Source: Paragordius varius
Lineage: Eukaryota; Animalia; Nematomorpha
Reading direction: 5' to 3'
Assembly: GCA_964247055.1 (NCBI GenBank)
Contig: OZ176050.1
Coordinates: 4,402,001 to 4,466,000 of the forward strand
Length of the DNA stretch: 64,000 bases
In this document: positions 24,101 to 37,780 of the stretch, in pieces
Layout of the letters: the number at the start of each line of letters is the position of its first letter
Position numbering within the stretch: the stretch's first letter is position 1
Position numbers and translations under genes: made by a program
The notes under the pieces: model-generated
Database searches by the model: none
What the model saw: only the letters and a program-made list of their open reading frames with translations
What the model was told of the DNA's origin: nothing

Positions 24101-27100
24101 AACCCCATATAAAATAATCTTAATTATTTCTAGGCTTCATAAAGTAAATTTTTTTAAAAAAAATAGCATTATTTTCATTACGAGATTTTAAGATTTATTA
24201 TAAAATTTTTACTTTGGATTAATTTAATTTAATTTTACATTAATAGTCGAAGTACAGGTTCAAAACTAACAAATTATTTGCCCATGTTCATGCCATACCT
24301 TTTACAGTTATGTGAATCTCATTCCCTTAATCATCTTTCCACGGCTGAAGTCTACCATGATGCTCTTTCAAAGTATCAATTTTTATTTTCATAAATGCTA
24401 AAATCTTGCATCATTGCTAACATAATTTAATCTATACCATTTACACTTCATATTCACCCTTGAACATTTCAAATTCACTCTTGAACAATTCAAAATCACC
24501 CTAAAATAAATTATGTGTTTTTAAAATTTAAAATTACCTATATTTTTTATAATATTCAAAAAATGAAATTTTATTTAAAATTAAAACAATACTGAAAAAA
24601 TAAACTATGCCATAAAGATATACTTCATATTAATATGAGGTATATTAGCCCGAAATACTTTTTATTTTTGAATTTGAATTGTTCAAGGGTAAATGGTATA
24701 AAATGGGTTAATTTTGTTAACAACATTTAATTCATTAATAATTAAAAAATATTAATTCATTTTTCTAGAGTTCCAGTTAATCAAGTAGACAGCATTTTTC
24801 CACCTAACGCCAATACTGAAGAGTTGGATGAATTAATTGACACAACTTTACAAACATTGGATTCCCTTATAAAATCTTCCGGTCTAATCATAACACCTGC
24901 CACTAATGGTTTAACGATTAAAGCACCATTGAATAATATTCAGAACCCTAATCCAATCTCACCTCTGCACCCTTATTTACCACAAGTTATAATATTTTAA
25001 AATTTAAAATTTGCTATATTGTCATTGCGTTAACTACACTATCCAAATATTATGCCAATTGTTCGCGATTTATTTTTGATTACATGGTATTAATTTTATA
25101 ACGTCTTATAAACTCTATTTTATGTTAAAATATTATTAATGTAAATAAAACCAAAAAAGGCGGCAAATTAACTGCAATAATACCAATATATCGATTCCAA
25201 ATGTTTATATATTTTATGTTATGATAATTAGATAATACATATTGCCCTAATATATTTGAGTTATGACCCAAATTACAATTATGGTGATCAAGATGATGAT
25301 CAAAGTAATGAAAACCAAAATTTCAGCAGCAACGGAGATAAAACCGCAATAGGTTCTGATATTATTTTATATTTTGACTAAAGGTTAAATAATTTAAGGT
25401 AAAAAACATATAGAGGTTTTATTTTTTGAAAATTTAAGTACTTTTACATTTAACTATTGTTTATGTATAATCCCCATGCTTAAATCTTTATTACTTTTTC
25501 AAATTATATGTGGTTTATACCGTTGTGTTGTGTTATTTTATTTTTATAATAATAGCAAATGGAACTGACATCGAATATATGGATGAAGGCGATGACAATG
25601 GTAATTATGTTATTTGCTTTTGTAGCTTATCTTTAAAAAAACAAAAAAAATTTTATTTTTCCTTTTCCCCTGTTCAACATAGTTAAAAATAGACCTAACT
25701 TTTATAATTTCTTGATATTAATGGTTTTATTTTACGAATGATTTTGGTTAACAACTAATAAGATTGGAAGAATGTTAAATTTCTTTATTATTTTTAAATC
25801 CCGATTTTCGTAGATGACTTTGTTTACGTTTCGTTAGCATTATTATTAAGGGGTAACAACAGTATTAATGTTTTAATTCCAGGAATATTAAGATTATATA
25901 AATATTTTTCCGTTGTAATTATAATATTTATTGATAAATTAGCTAAATTATTTCAAACTCTCTAGCTTTCATTCCTGCGACTTTAAGAACAATTTTGTGT
26001 TTTAATGGGTTTTGCGATATACATTTAATATAATTGTTTCAATTTACTCACATCTATTGATTGGTTCGTTTGCAAATTTGCATTATAATTTGTTGCAACT
26101 TATTAGATGGGGATCAATTTTCCCCACCTTACGAGGAATCTGACCTTTCTGAAAATGATGATGAGGATGATCTTAGTTGGAAGGTTCGACGTTCAGCTTG
26201 TAAATGCCTTAAATCACTCTTGGAAACGAATGGTTTAATATCTGACATAGATCTTAACAATCAGTTTTATCGGATTTTGGCAAAATCAATTATGTCAAGA
26301 TTTAAAGGTATATATATAAATATATATATATAATATATAATTTTTTATTTATAGGATAAACTGCTAATTATTTGTATGGTTTTTTTTATAAAAAGTTAAA
26401 TGTATATAAGTAAGTAATTTTCGTATTTTATTACTCATGTTTAACACAATGTAATGCGGTTAATTACAAACGAAAAAAAGTCATATTTATGTAATTTTTT
26501 CCCTACAATAACCTAACAGGCCCATATAACCCGTATTATTGCTCTGTTACTTATTATGTAGCTTTAAAAAATCATTTATAAATAAGTTTTTCACCTATCT
26601 ATTTATGTTTTGTGATCGTAATAAATAATAGTAAAATATCTCTATAAAAAATATGAAATGTTCTTTTATTTATAGAACGTGAAGAAAATGTCAAATTGGA
26701 TGTTATAAATCTTTTTTCTTGCCTACTTGCGCGAGTTTATTCAATGTTACAATTACCACTCTCAGCGGTTGAAAGAGAAAACCACTTATTGTTAAAGGAA
26801 TGCACTCATTTAAACAATAAGTAATAATTTTTAAACCAATATTTCTCGGCGTCTACTTGAAAATATGAACAAATTGAATAGTTTTTGTTTTGCTATTGAT
26901 AAAATGATTCTTAATTGTTTAAAATCATTACAATACCCGTATTATTTAATTTTATATATATATATATATTTGTAATTCATTGGAACTATTTTTATATATT
27001 CTTTTTCTATTCGTTTTTCGATTTTAGCAATAATTTCAAAGAAGCTCTTAAACGCATGGAAATAAATGTTTGTAACTATGAGGATATATGTAACATATTG

Positions 27101-30100
27101 AATCAAGCCCACAAACTGCTGTACAAAAAGAATTTTAAAATACCACAAGCTACATATCACTTGATATCGAAACTTACTGACATTATAGAAATTATTTTCA
27201 AATATTATAATGCAAACATTCTAAGGAATGACACTGCGTTTCGGGATAAAATGAATGCGATAATTAAAGCAACTCTCTATACAATTAGGTAGGATTTTAT
27301 ATATTTTGGATTCATATTTTATTTGGTTATGATTTATTGGTGCATGTTAAATGGTTTTATGTTACTAATTGATATAAAATTTGGCAAGTTTACAGTAAAT
27401 TGAGTAGTTGTCTATATTTTTTATATTGCCTTAGTTTTCGGTACTCATAATTGTCAGATATATATTTAATATAAATTCCTTTTATTGAGATGTTTGATTT
27501 ATTCCAAATATACTGGTAAATGCGCTAAAAACTATCTATGTCCGAAAACAATTACTTGACCCTATCGATCGAAATAAATTAGAAAGGGAACAAATTTTAC
27601 AGTTTTTTTACATGATTGTAATCAAGAAATTTCCAACTATTAAGCCTGCGGTTGAAATATAAAATATTTCATGATGGTATATAAAATAATATTTTAATCA
27701 TCCAAACATTTTAAATAATTAAACCGTATTATCTATATAAGAAAATGATATTAGCTATCAAATAGATCCAACTTAAATGTCTCACAACAAAAATCATAGG
27801 ATTTAATTTTTTAAACAAACATTATTTTAATATTTTATCTATATGTTCACAATATTTACGTAAATTCTTAATATAAAACATTTTAAAGACTTCTTTTATA
27901 TTTCTATCCATATTTAAATCTTTTTTATTTAGGGGGCGTAATTTGTGTTTAATTTCATGGAAAATACACTCAATAGGGTATAATTGAGGTGAATATGGTG
28001 GCAAAAATATTAAATTTTTAAATTCCTTATTTCGAGACGATGAATAAGAGCATTATCTAAAATTATATAGGATGATGAAGGTATTATTTAAAAAATTCCT
28101 GTAAAAAATGATATATATCATCCCCGTTGTATGGGTCAGATTTATATTCATATTTTATCATTCCGTTTTTTCCAATCATAACCAATATTTTTACCTCTTG
28201 GCTTGCTTTTAATTGTGAAAAATTCTCCCTTTTTACACCAACAATATAGATTAAGACTGTAATCATGGATTCCAGTCTCATTCATATAATATATGTCACT
28301 GTGCAAAAACTGTAAAACTTCCTATGCATCGTTTTATTGCGATTTATAGGCTCAATCTGCGCTTGTTTACGAACAAAAGAATATTTCTTAAGACATTTAT
28401 ACAATGTGGATTTTGAGATTTTTAATGAATAAGGAATATTATCTAAAATATCATCAATTGTTATATTATTATTTTCTTTTAAAATATTTTTGATGGCTTC
28501 CTTTAATTTACAATTATCTAATTTTGGCTTGCGGTCGCTTTTTTGAGGAGGTGTAACGTATAAACGCCTGCGATATTTATATATTGTGGATCTAGACATT
28601 TTTAAAATATTTATATTGTCCGTCATGGTATTATTTGAAGTGGACGGATTACTGAAAAGGCTCTTGGCAATTTCATTCTCTTCATTTGTCCAACTTCCTC
28701 TGCCTTAATCAAACATTCACAAAGTTATTATTTGTGATAGTTGAATAAACATTATATTTAACAAAAGGAAGCCATCTAAATATTTTAAATGAAAATAATA
28801 ATATAACGATTGAAGATATTTTACATAATATTCCCTATTCAAAGTGTCAAAATCTACTTTAAATGTCTTAAGAAATCTCTTTTGTTCTTTAGCAGGCGCA
28901 GATTGAGCTTATAAATCGCAATTAAATATTGCATGGGAAGTTTTACAGTTTTTGCACAGTGAATATTATATGGATGAGACTGGAATCAATGATTACAGTT
29001 TTAATTTATATTGTTGGCGTAAAAAGGGAGAATTTCCCACAATTAAACGTAAGCCATGAGGTAAAATAGCTATGATTGGAAAAAACGGAATAATAAATTA
29101 TGAATAATCTGACCCATACAATGGGGATGATATATATCATTTTTTACAGAAATGTTTAATAATAACTTCATTCCTATATAATTTTAGATAATGCCCCTAT
29201 TCATCGTTATCTCGAAAAAAGGAATTTAAAAATTTAATTTTTTCGCCACCATATTCACCTCAATTAAACCTTGAGTGTATTTTCCATGAACGCGCCCTAA
29301 ATAAGAAAGATTTAAGTATGGATAAAAATATAAAAGAAGTCTTTAAAATGTTTTATAATAAGGATTTACGTAAATATTATGAACATTTTGATAAAATATT
29401 AAATAATGTTTGTTTAAAAAAATTAAATTTATTGCCTGAAAATTCCTATGATTTTTGTTGTGAGACATTTAAGTTATATGTATTTTTTGATGTTAATATC
29501 ATTTTCCTATTTAGATAATACGGTTTATAGAAATTATTTAAAATGTTTGGATGATTAAAATATTATTTTATATACCATCATGAAATATTTTATATTTTAA
29601 CTGCAGGCTTATATGTAATAGTTGGATATCTCTTGATTACAATCATGTAAAAAAACTGTAAAATTTGTTCCCGTTCTAATTTATTGCGATCGATAGGGTC
29701 AATCAGTAATTGTTTTCGGACAAAAATATTTTTTAGGGCATTTGCCAGTATTTTAATCTATTTTCTCGATTATTTATTGTTTACAATTGTTTATCATTAT
29801 ATTGATGTTTTTTTCATATAAATATTTAATTAAAAATAATCATTGCTTCTCTTTTACATTAATTTTTAATTGATATTGTAGTTGTATTTGATAGGCAGAC
29901 GAATAGTAGTTAATCGTCTGCTTAATGAGCTTATACGGTAAAATGGTTAAAAGCAGAGTTCCATCTTCTTGTTAATTGAAAGTTGTCACACGTAACAATA
30001 TATTTAAGAGAGTTGATGATATGTAAATTAATTTAAAAATACAGTCAGTGTAGAAGCCCATTGGATTGTTGATATTTTTGATTTAACCTTATTATAAGAT

Positions 30101-33100
30101 TATTACGCATATGTAAGAAACATTGTATAAAATAGAATTTATATGATAAAAATTTGAAATATTATTATTTTTTAATTTACATTCAATTATATGACAGGGT
30201 GATTGGAGTTAATGATGTATAAGGGAAGTTTTGCCTTATTAATTAAATAAAATGCGAGATTTATTTAATTCTATTCATATATCTTAATTAGTGTTTAATC
30301 AAAAATGGTTTATTTCAAAGTCGGTGAATATCAAATGCTATGTTATAGTTTTAAAGCCTCTTAAATACATAGTGAACATTTAGCCGACTAGTATATAGAG
30401 GGTTATTATTTATCAATATTATAGATGAGGGCCTCTTCATATCCTATTATTTTTCGGTTTTATGTCCGTATAAAAAAATTTGTACGCATATTAAAAATTT
30501 AAATCTTTTGATATTTACAATATGTTTGTTATAAAAAAAATTTGTCTGTTAGTTAAAAATTCCATCGGATAATTACAACTACTTAGATTTCAACAACACA
30601 CTCTATGGTTATATGAGATTTACTTAATCATTCCTAAAACATTATATAAAATTTTTGTAGAAATTCACAGTGTCCTTCAGGCGTTCGCATTGAAGCAATA
30701 CAGTTTTTGCACAAATTAGCCCTATTTGAAATGCATTTGAAACAAATGGATTATAAAATTGTACATATGTTTCGTCGCATTGAATTTCAACAAGTATTTT
30801 TTAAAATTCAAGATATATCATACGATATAGCTCAAAAATCTAAAACTTATTTTTGACTGTTTGTAAATTAGAGTATATGTAATAAAAATATCTTCAGTTA
30901 AAACAAAAAGTTTTTTATAATTACAAATCACTTTTTAAATTTTTTATAGATTTTTCAACATATTGAATTTTTAAATTTTTTGATAACAGTTTATTTCCGA
31001 TTGCCTTAACGAGAAATCGCCCAAATTCTTGGCAGATTTTTTCGCCCTTTTGAAAGACCTAATCAAATCTTTATCGCTTTATCAGGATGTGGAAATTGGT
31101 ATTTTAATAGTTTTATTTTATTTTTCACCTTTCTAGGTATAATTATTCTTTATGATTTTTGTTTTGCGAATGCTTTTACACAGCATTTAAAATTTGTTTT
31201 TTTTTTCATTCTTTCAATAATTAATGTTTAATAGACGAAAAAATATGAATTAACCTATTTTTTTTAATGGTTTTGAATTTGCTACTAAGTTAATTTTTTA
31301 CTGACGCAGTCTTTAGCTCTTTAAGAATATTATTATCATGAAAGAACTGCATGGTACTTAACCGATACGACCGTTTAAATGGTTTAATACTTTCAAAATA
31401 TATCAAAATAATTAATGAAGAAGGGATTATAACTTTAAAATTTCACAATATTTTTATTTAATTTTATGCCATCATTTAATGTAATAAACATTTTTTTGAA
31501 AAGACTTTAAACCCTATTTGCTACATACATTTGATGTAGCTAAATAACTATTTTGTATTTATACTATTTCCTATAATTCCTATTGAGAAAAATTAATTGT
31601 GCAAAAAGATTTTTTTAATTCCTGTAATTAACAATTTTACTTTCATGTTAGGACGTGATATTCCCCTTTATCTTAACTGGGTTCATCAATGTTATAATCG
31701 ATCCTCTGATACCGAAGTCAAAGAAAAGGCTATAGCTTTCATGTAATGATACAGCTTTTATACTTTACAAGACTTATTAAAAATTATATCACATATTTTG
31801 ATTTAATTTTATGTTTTGATAGTTGGAAAATTGGTTACCTAGGAAAATAAATATAATAACAGCTGAAAATAAATGGCTTTTTATTTCAACTCTGGAAGCT
31901 ACAATTCATTTTTTCATTCCTAAAAGGCACATTTTTTAAGAATTAATTTATCAATAATTTTTATATAAATTGTATTTTACAAATTTATACAGGGTAACCG
32001 TACTACATTACTATTCCCCCAAAATAAAGCCGGACATGATAGAGCTTGTGTTAAAAGCATTACGAGATCGCATAGTTAATGAAAGTACACGAATATCGGC
32101 CCTTCGATTCTTAATATTTTATTTGAAATCTCCTAACACAAAAATTGTATTCCCTGGATTAGATGTATACTATATTTAAATTGTAATATTTGTAAAGAAA
32201 ATGCCAAGTTTAATGTACAATGTAAGTGAATATATATTCCTAGTTTTCCGAAATATTGCCAGATATGATTAACAGACATAAAAACATTATTATTAACTAA
32301 AATCAAGAACAAGCAAAAAATACATTTTTTATATGCACTATTGTTAAGTTAATAATTTTGCTCTTGCTGTAAATGCTATTTAGCATAATTATATAGTTTT
32401 TACCTATTTATATTTTCAATTATTTACCAAAAACGCTTCTTTAAATCAAATTGTATCAAAATATATTAATATTAAATATTTTTTATTTATTTCATTAGTT
32501 AGAGCTATTACAAATCCTAGCTCAATACCTTCAAAAAAATGATGCTACTCTTAAAACGCTTTCTTTGACTGCAATGTCACATATCTTGAAAAACCATCAA
32601 CCAATCCTCTCCAAAACTAATACTGAAGAATATAAACCTTTAGCAACGTTTATAGGAGATAGCCTTGTTAATAACCAATTACCTCGATTACTGCTGGATA
32701 GTGATACACGAATCCTACAGGTTATTTTTTATTCTTTGGATAAATGTTAGAATATTCAAGATACTCTCCATAATCTTATTTTTATATAAAATTTATTGCA
32801 TTATTATAACAATTGAATTTTTATGTAACATTGTCCGTCAAACAGGAAGGTTAATTGAAAATTTAATATTTTACTATATCATTTAATTATTGAAGATTAT
32901 AGAATAAGTTAAAATCGAGCGTCTTTGTGCATATAAATTTTTTTGCTTTTGGTGAAATATGTTTTATATATACATATATATATATATATATTTCAAACGT
33001 TTTAAGAACTAAATATTTGTTGTAGTGTTGAAAAAACTTTTCGCGTAAGCTTTTAAATAAAAACAGATCTACCTTGATTCAGATTTTTAATCAAATATAC

Positions 33101-36100
33101 TCGTTTTTGTCTAATTATGCCTTGGCTTTCTGACTAATATAAAATATCTTAAGCATCCTTTCCAAAACTCAATCAAAATAAAATCTATTATATATGGTAT
33201 AAAAATTGTGATATAATATATATGGATTTTTTTCCAAAATAATGGTAATTTTAGTAAAGGCTTCTTATGACCAAATCACTAAATTTCAACCTTTGATCCC
33301 TCTAAAAATTAAAGATTTTGAAAATAGCATTTGGAAAGATTCTTTTTTGACTAAATATGGAAAAAGGCAGGAATTTATAATTCTAAGCTATCTTGATGTA
33401 GTTGGAAACCTAAGACAAAAATTGTTTTAACGGGCCTCTCTATATTCATATCTCGTCTCGGTTTACAAATCAACCCTGTCTTTACGTGTACAAAATTTAT
33501 TTTTTAAATCTTCGCAATTTTATAAAATTCCGAATTTATTTTAGCCATATAGATTGGAATTGAAACTTATAAATATTTATACTTTATTAATTGAGTACAA
33601 TATATTAATGAATACGTTTTTATTACATTTGCAACAATTTTATGTATAATTTACTGATATAGTTGACAATATATTTGCTTACTGTGATATTGGATCGATA
33701 CCCGTCCACTATATCACAAGCTTGGAAACTTTTTGAGCATAATGATTATTCCAAATCGTCAAATATGGAACATAAAGCAAATCTCAATATATTTTCGGGA
33801 CTACATCATATTATATATTCAATACCATTGCAAAGTAAAATAACATACGCATTAATAGTTTCGAACAAGAAAAAAGTTATACATATTAATTTTTCTGGTT
33901 TTCGATTTCATTTTTTATGAAAGATACAAACAAGTATATTGAATATTTTACGAATTTTATTTTAAAAAATTATGAGGACATGTGCTTTTTTAACACACTT
34001 TTTAATTTGACCCGTATATAAATAATACCCGGTTTGACCGCTGATAAAAACAGCCACTTATGTTTATAAGCAGCCATCTAATGTGAATATGATTTATTGA
34101 GATTGGTTTTAAAATTTTGATTATGTAGAAACATATCTTATAAAATATGGTAATTAAAATTTTTAAATTTTTATTTTGTAAGTTTACGTGATTATATATA
34201 AAAACCATAAAATGTATTCAAACCGTTTGTCATCCCTAAATACATATATTTCTGCTTTAAATTATTTTTCTCATCTCTTAGGTGATATACTTAAATGGAC
34301 TCTGGTGTTCTTTCAAAATTTTGCTGCGAAATTCGAATCTCCTATGTTTGAAGATATTGTCAAGGTATAATTTTTTTCTTTTACACTATAGCAGTATTTA
34401 ACTCAACCATTGGATACAACTAACTTTGATGGAAAAAAATTATCCTCGCCTATTCCTTCCTTTGTAATTATTTGATTTTAATATATATATTCTTTTTTTG
34501 TGTTGTAAATAGATATCTAATTAATTTTGAAACCAAATCTATAAATATTTTCTCATTTTTAGAAAAATAAAGGGTATAAAAGAAATACTTTATCAAACAA
34601 TCATAAACGCAATTTTATATTTTGGGGCTATTTTTAGTTACTAACTGTTTTTTTTGCTTAAAGGTGTTTCAAAATATGGCTAAAATAACCGTAGCTATGA
34701 TATCTAATCACCATGATTCAAAATGTTTACCCTTTCTCCACCAATGTTTGAGCAATTTTTCCCAACTCACACCTCTTTTAATACAACACTATCATCATGC
34801 AGAAAATAATGATTATTCAGATAAAATTGATCAATTGTTATACACGTTATACAGTTTGGGTGAATTAATGGCCCAACGAATTTGTACCCTAAGTAATGTA
34901 ATTCAAGTTTTTCACAACAAAGAAAATTCCAAAACAAATTTATTACAACAAGACCCAATGTCAGTTTATACAGAACATATTCAAAAACGACTGGCAGAAT
35001 TGTACATAGCTACTCTCTCCTCAAACAATATTGCGGCCAAAAACAATGGTGAAACACAAAACTCAAATAATATGAATGTTGATGGTATTGAGACCAATTT
35101 GGGAAAACAAAATCCTTTAAATGTTTACACAAATAGTAGAAATGGAGATTTACGCAATGCCATTGCTTTTACTATGGGTGAGGACACATATTTTTGATTT
35201 GATGGTTAATTTGTTTTTATATTGATTGGGAAATTTATCTTTAATATTAATTTATGTTCCTAATTATCCTTCTATTTTCGAAGATATGGTACTTTTTACT
35301 TTTATTTATAATGGTGTTTAAATAATATATATTTGATATAATAGGGAGTTTTATTACGGATGATTCAATCGGTATTATTCCAACTTTAACTGAAGAAATG
35401 TCGAGTATGCAGGCTAATCAAGCAATATATCAATTGTTTTATCTTTCGGCTTTTAATGAGGTATAATTATTGGATTACACTAGACAATTATTTCTGCCAT
35501 TCAAGTTTTTTGCATTTTATGATATTTACTAATATTTTAACAGTAAATTTGAAATAAAAATTTTAATTCGACCTAAGACTTTTGTATAATTTGATTTTTT
35601 GAGTATGCGCCAATGTTTTTCTTTGAAAATATATACAATAAATGCCCATGTGTAATATATCATTCGAAAGAGTAATGAAAATTTTATAATATGCATACTA
35701 TTATGTTTTACATCGATTGTTAGTATTGGACAAGGAAGCGACAAACGCGCGAAGCGAGAGCGTTTTGTAAATTAATATATTTTTAAAACTAATGTATGAA
35801 AATAGCTCTCAAACTTCGTCTAGATGGCAATGAAAGTCGAAAAATAAAACAAGAAGTTTTTTTGATCTAAACACTTATTTATTGTTTTTCAAAACAGCTA
35901 TTTTTGAGTTTTTTGTTTTTTAAAACAAAATATCATCTCATCAATATTAATTTATTTTTTTTTAGGAAGCTTATAATTTCATAATTTCAAAAACTAAAAA
36001 CAAGTTTAAATTTTTTTTATTTTTTTACGGTTGAGTAATAATGAGTTATTTTAAATTATATTAAAATCGAAGTATAATTATTGCCATCCTTGCAACATTT

Positions 36101-37731
36101 TACCCTTCTTCTCTTTAAATTAAACTAGTATTTGATCAATTGTGACCCAATTCAAAATCAACCTTCAACTGATAACAAGAATACTCGCTTGGAACTTATT
36201 TTAGATGCTCTTTTGAACCAATATTTCCCTGGTAAAATTATCAAATTATTTTCTAAAAAAAATTTTTACTTCCATATAATTTTTCGTAAAAAATGCTAAA
36301 ATGAGATGCGAATGTAAAATTTATTTTTATATTATTAGCTTCTGAAATCCAAAACATTTCTACCGAACCTGTATTTATGTCAAGTGAAAATATTTCATCA
36401 GATTATTCTCGATTATTTTGCGCAAAACTTTGTTCTTGCCTTAGTCTTTTATGTTACTTGATACCAAATCCGACCATCTCTCAAATAACTGCCAAAATAC
36501 ATAAATTATCGATGCAATTAACTCCTACGAATTCAGAAGTCAAAACAAATAATACAAACTATAAATTAAATATCTTGATACAATCTATCATACAAAGTCT
36601 CACCCATGAAACTAATCAAGAAGTTTGTATTGATTATCTATTGTTTTAAACTATACTTTTTACTTATTGTTAATTAGTTTTCTCGTTAATTACAGTCATG
36701 TATATGTAGAATTGACAGAAATTCGTTTTTAAATGATTATAATTTGTTTTTAAATGTTTTAATGTTTGATATGTCAACTTTCAACATGCGCATTTTAAGC
36801 ATTAAAATAATAATAGCTTATTTATTATAAACAATTAAAAACAAAGTTAAATCAATTAAAAACGTATATCTGACAATTCTAGACATACATGACTATAAAT
36901 TGTGCAACAAATTTTACCCTTGAAAATATCTTGCAATTTTTAATGATTATACAGATTTTTTTCAAATTTGATCATATTTTATGTCACACCCATTCAAAGA
37001 TTCCTAATCTATTGTATAAAGTCTTCAAATAGTAAAATTTTAGAAAAATTTTATATAATCGTGCAAAATTATGATCGATGATCTAGATTGGGTATCGACC
37101 TTCATATAATTTTTAAATATAGATAAATTTATTATTACAGTAAAAATTGAAAATGTACGGACAAAACGTAAAAATATAAAGACAAATATTTTTTTTAAAA
37201 GACAACCCTACTTAGATCTAGATTTAATTGAATTATAACTCATATTTAATATTGCGTGTATAATGATATATATTATTAAGACAATGATTTTTATATTTTA
37301 CAATTGTAATTATATAGCTTATAGAGGAAAAATTAAGGTTTTTAAAAGTATGATTGTCTTTTGAATAAAAAAAATTAGTCTTCATATTTTTACGTTTTTC
37401 CCGTATAATTTCAAGTTTTACTTTATATATTATAGAAATGTTTCGCTGTTTGCTTTTATAAAAATGGAGATGCCGTTGGCTTAGATGAGGATATGGAACG
37501 TTCAGAAAATGGCCACAAATTTGCTAATTTTCTTCAACATCAAAGTATGGAAAACAAAAATTTTTTTATAATTAAATCATATCGATTTATATATATATAT
37601 ATAATTAAAATTTCCTACTGTACGATGATTTTGGAAATTTATCTTACTCTAGTTAAATATTTTATTAGTTATTAAAATATCTAATTCTTCATTCAGTTTA
37701 TTTTAATTAACAAGTTGTATTGGCATCTAGT

Positions 37732-37780
<49 letters not shown>

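Noticed and set aside
32721-32886. Possible 30- or 40-nt intron followed by an exon containing [13 protein letters not shown]
   Set aside because: The 30-nt version hits a stop. The 40-nt version adds intron-like sequence, and exon 33663 ([18 protein letters not shown]) already supplies the homologous CAND1 segment in the right phase.
33835-33858. Apparent 24-nt GT-AG micro-intron in CAND1
   Set aside because: Splicing it leads to a stop about 20 codons later with no CAND1 similarity; the donor joins correctly to exon 34282. Excluded from the micro-intron count.
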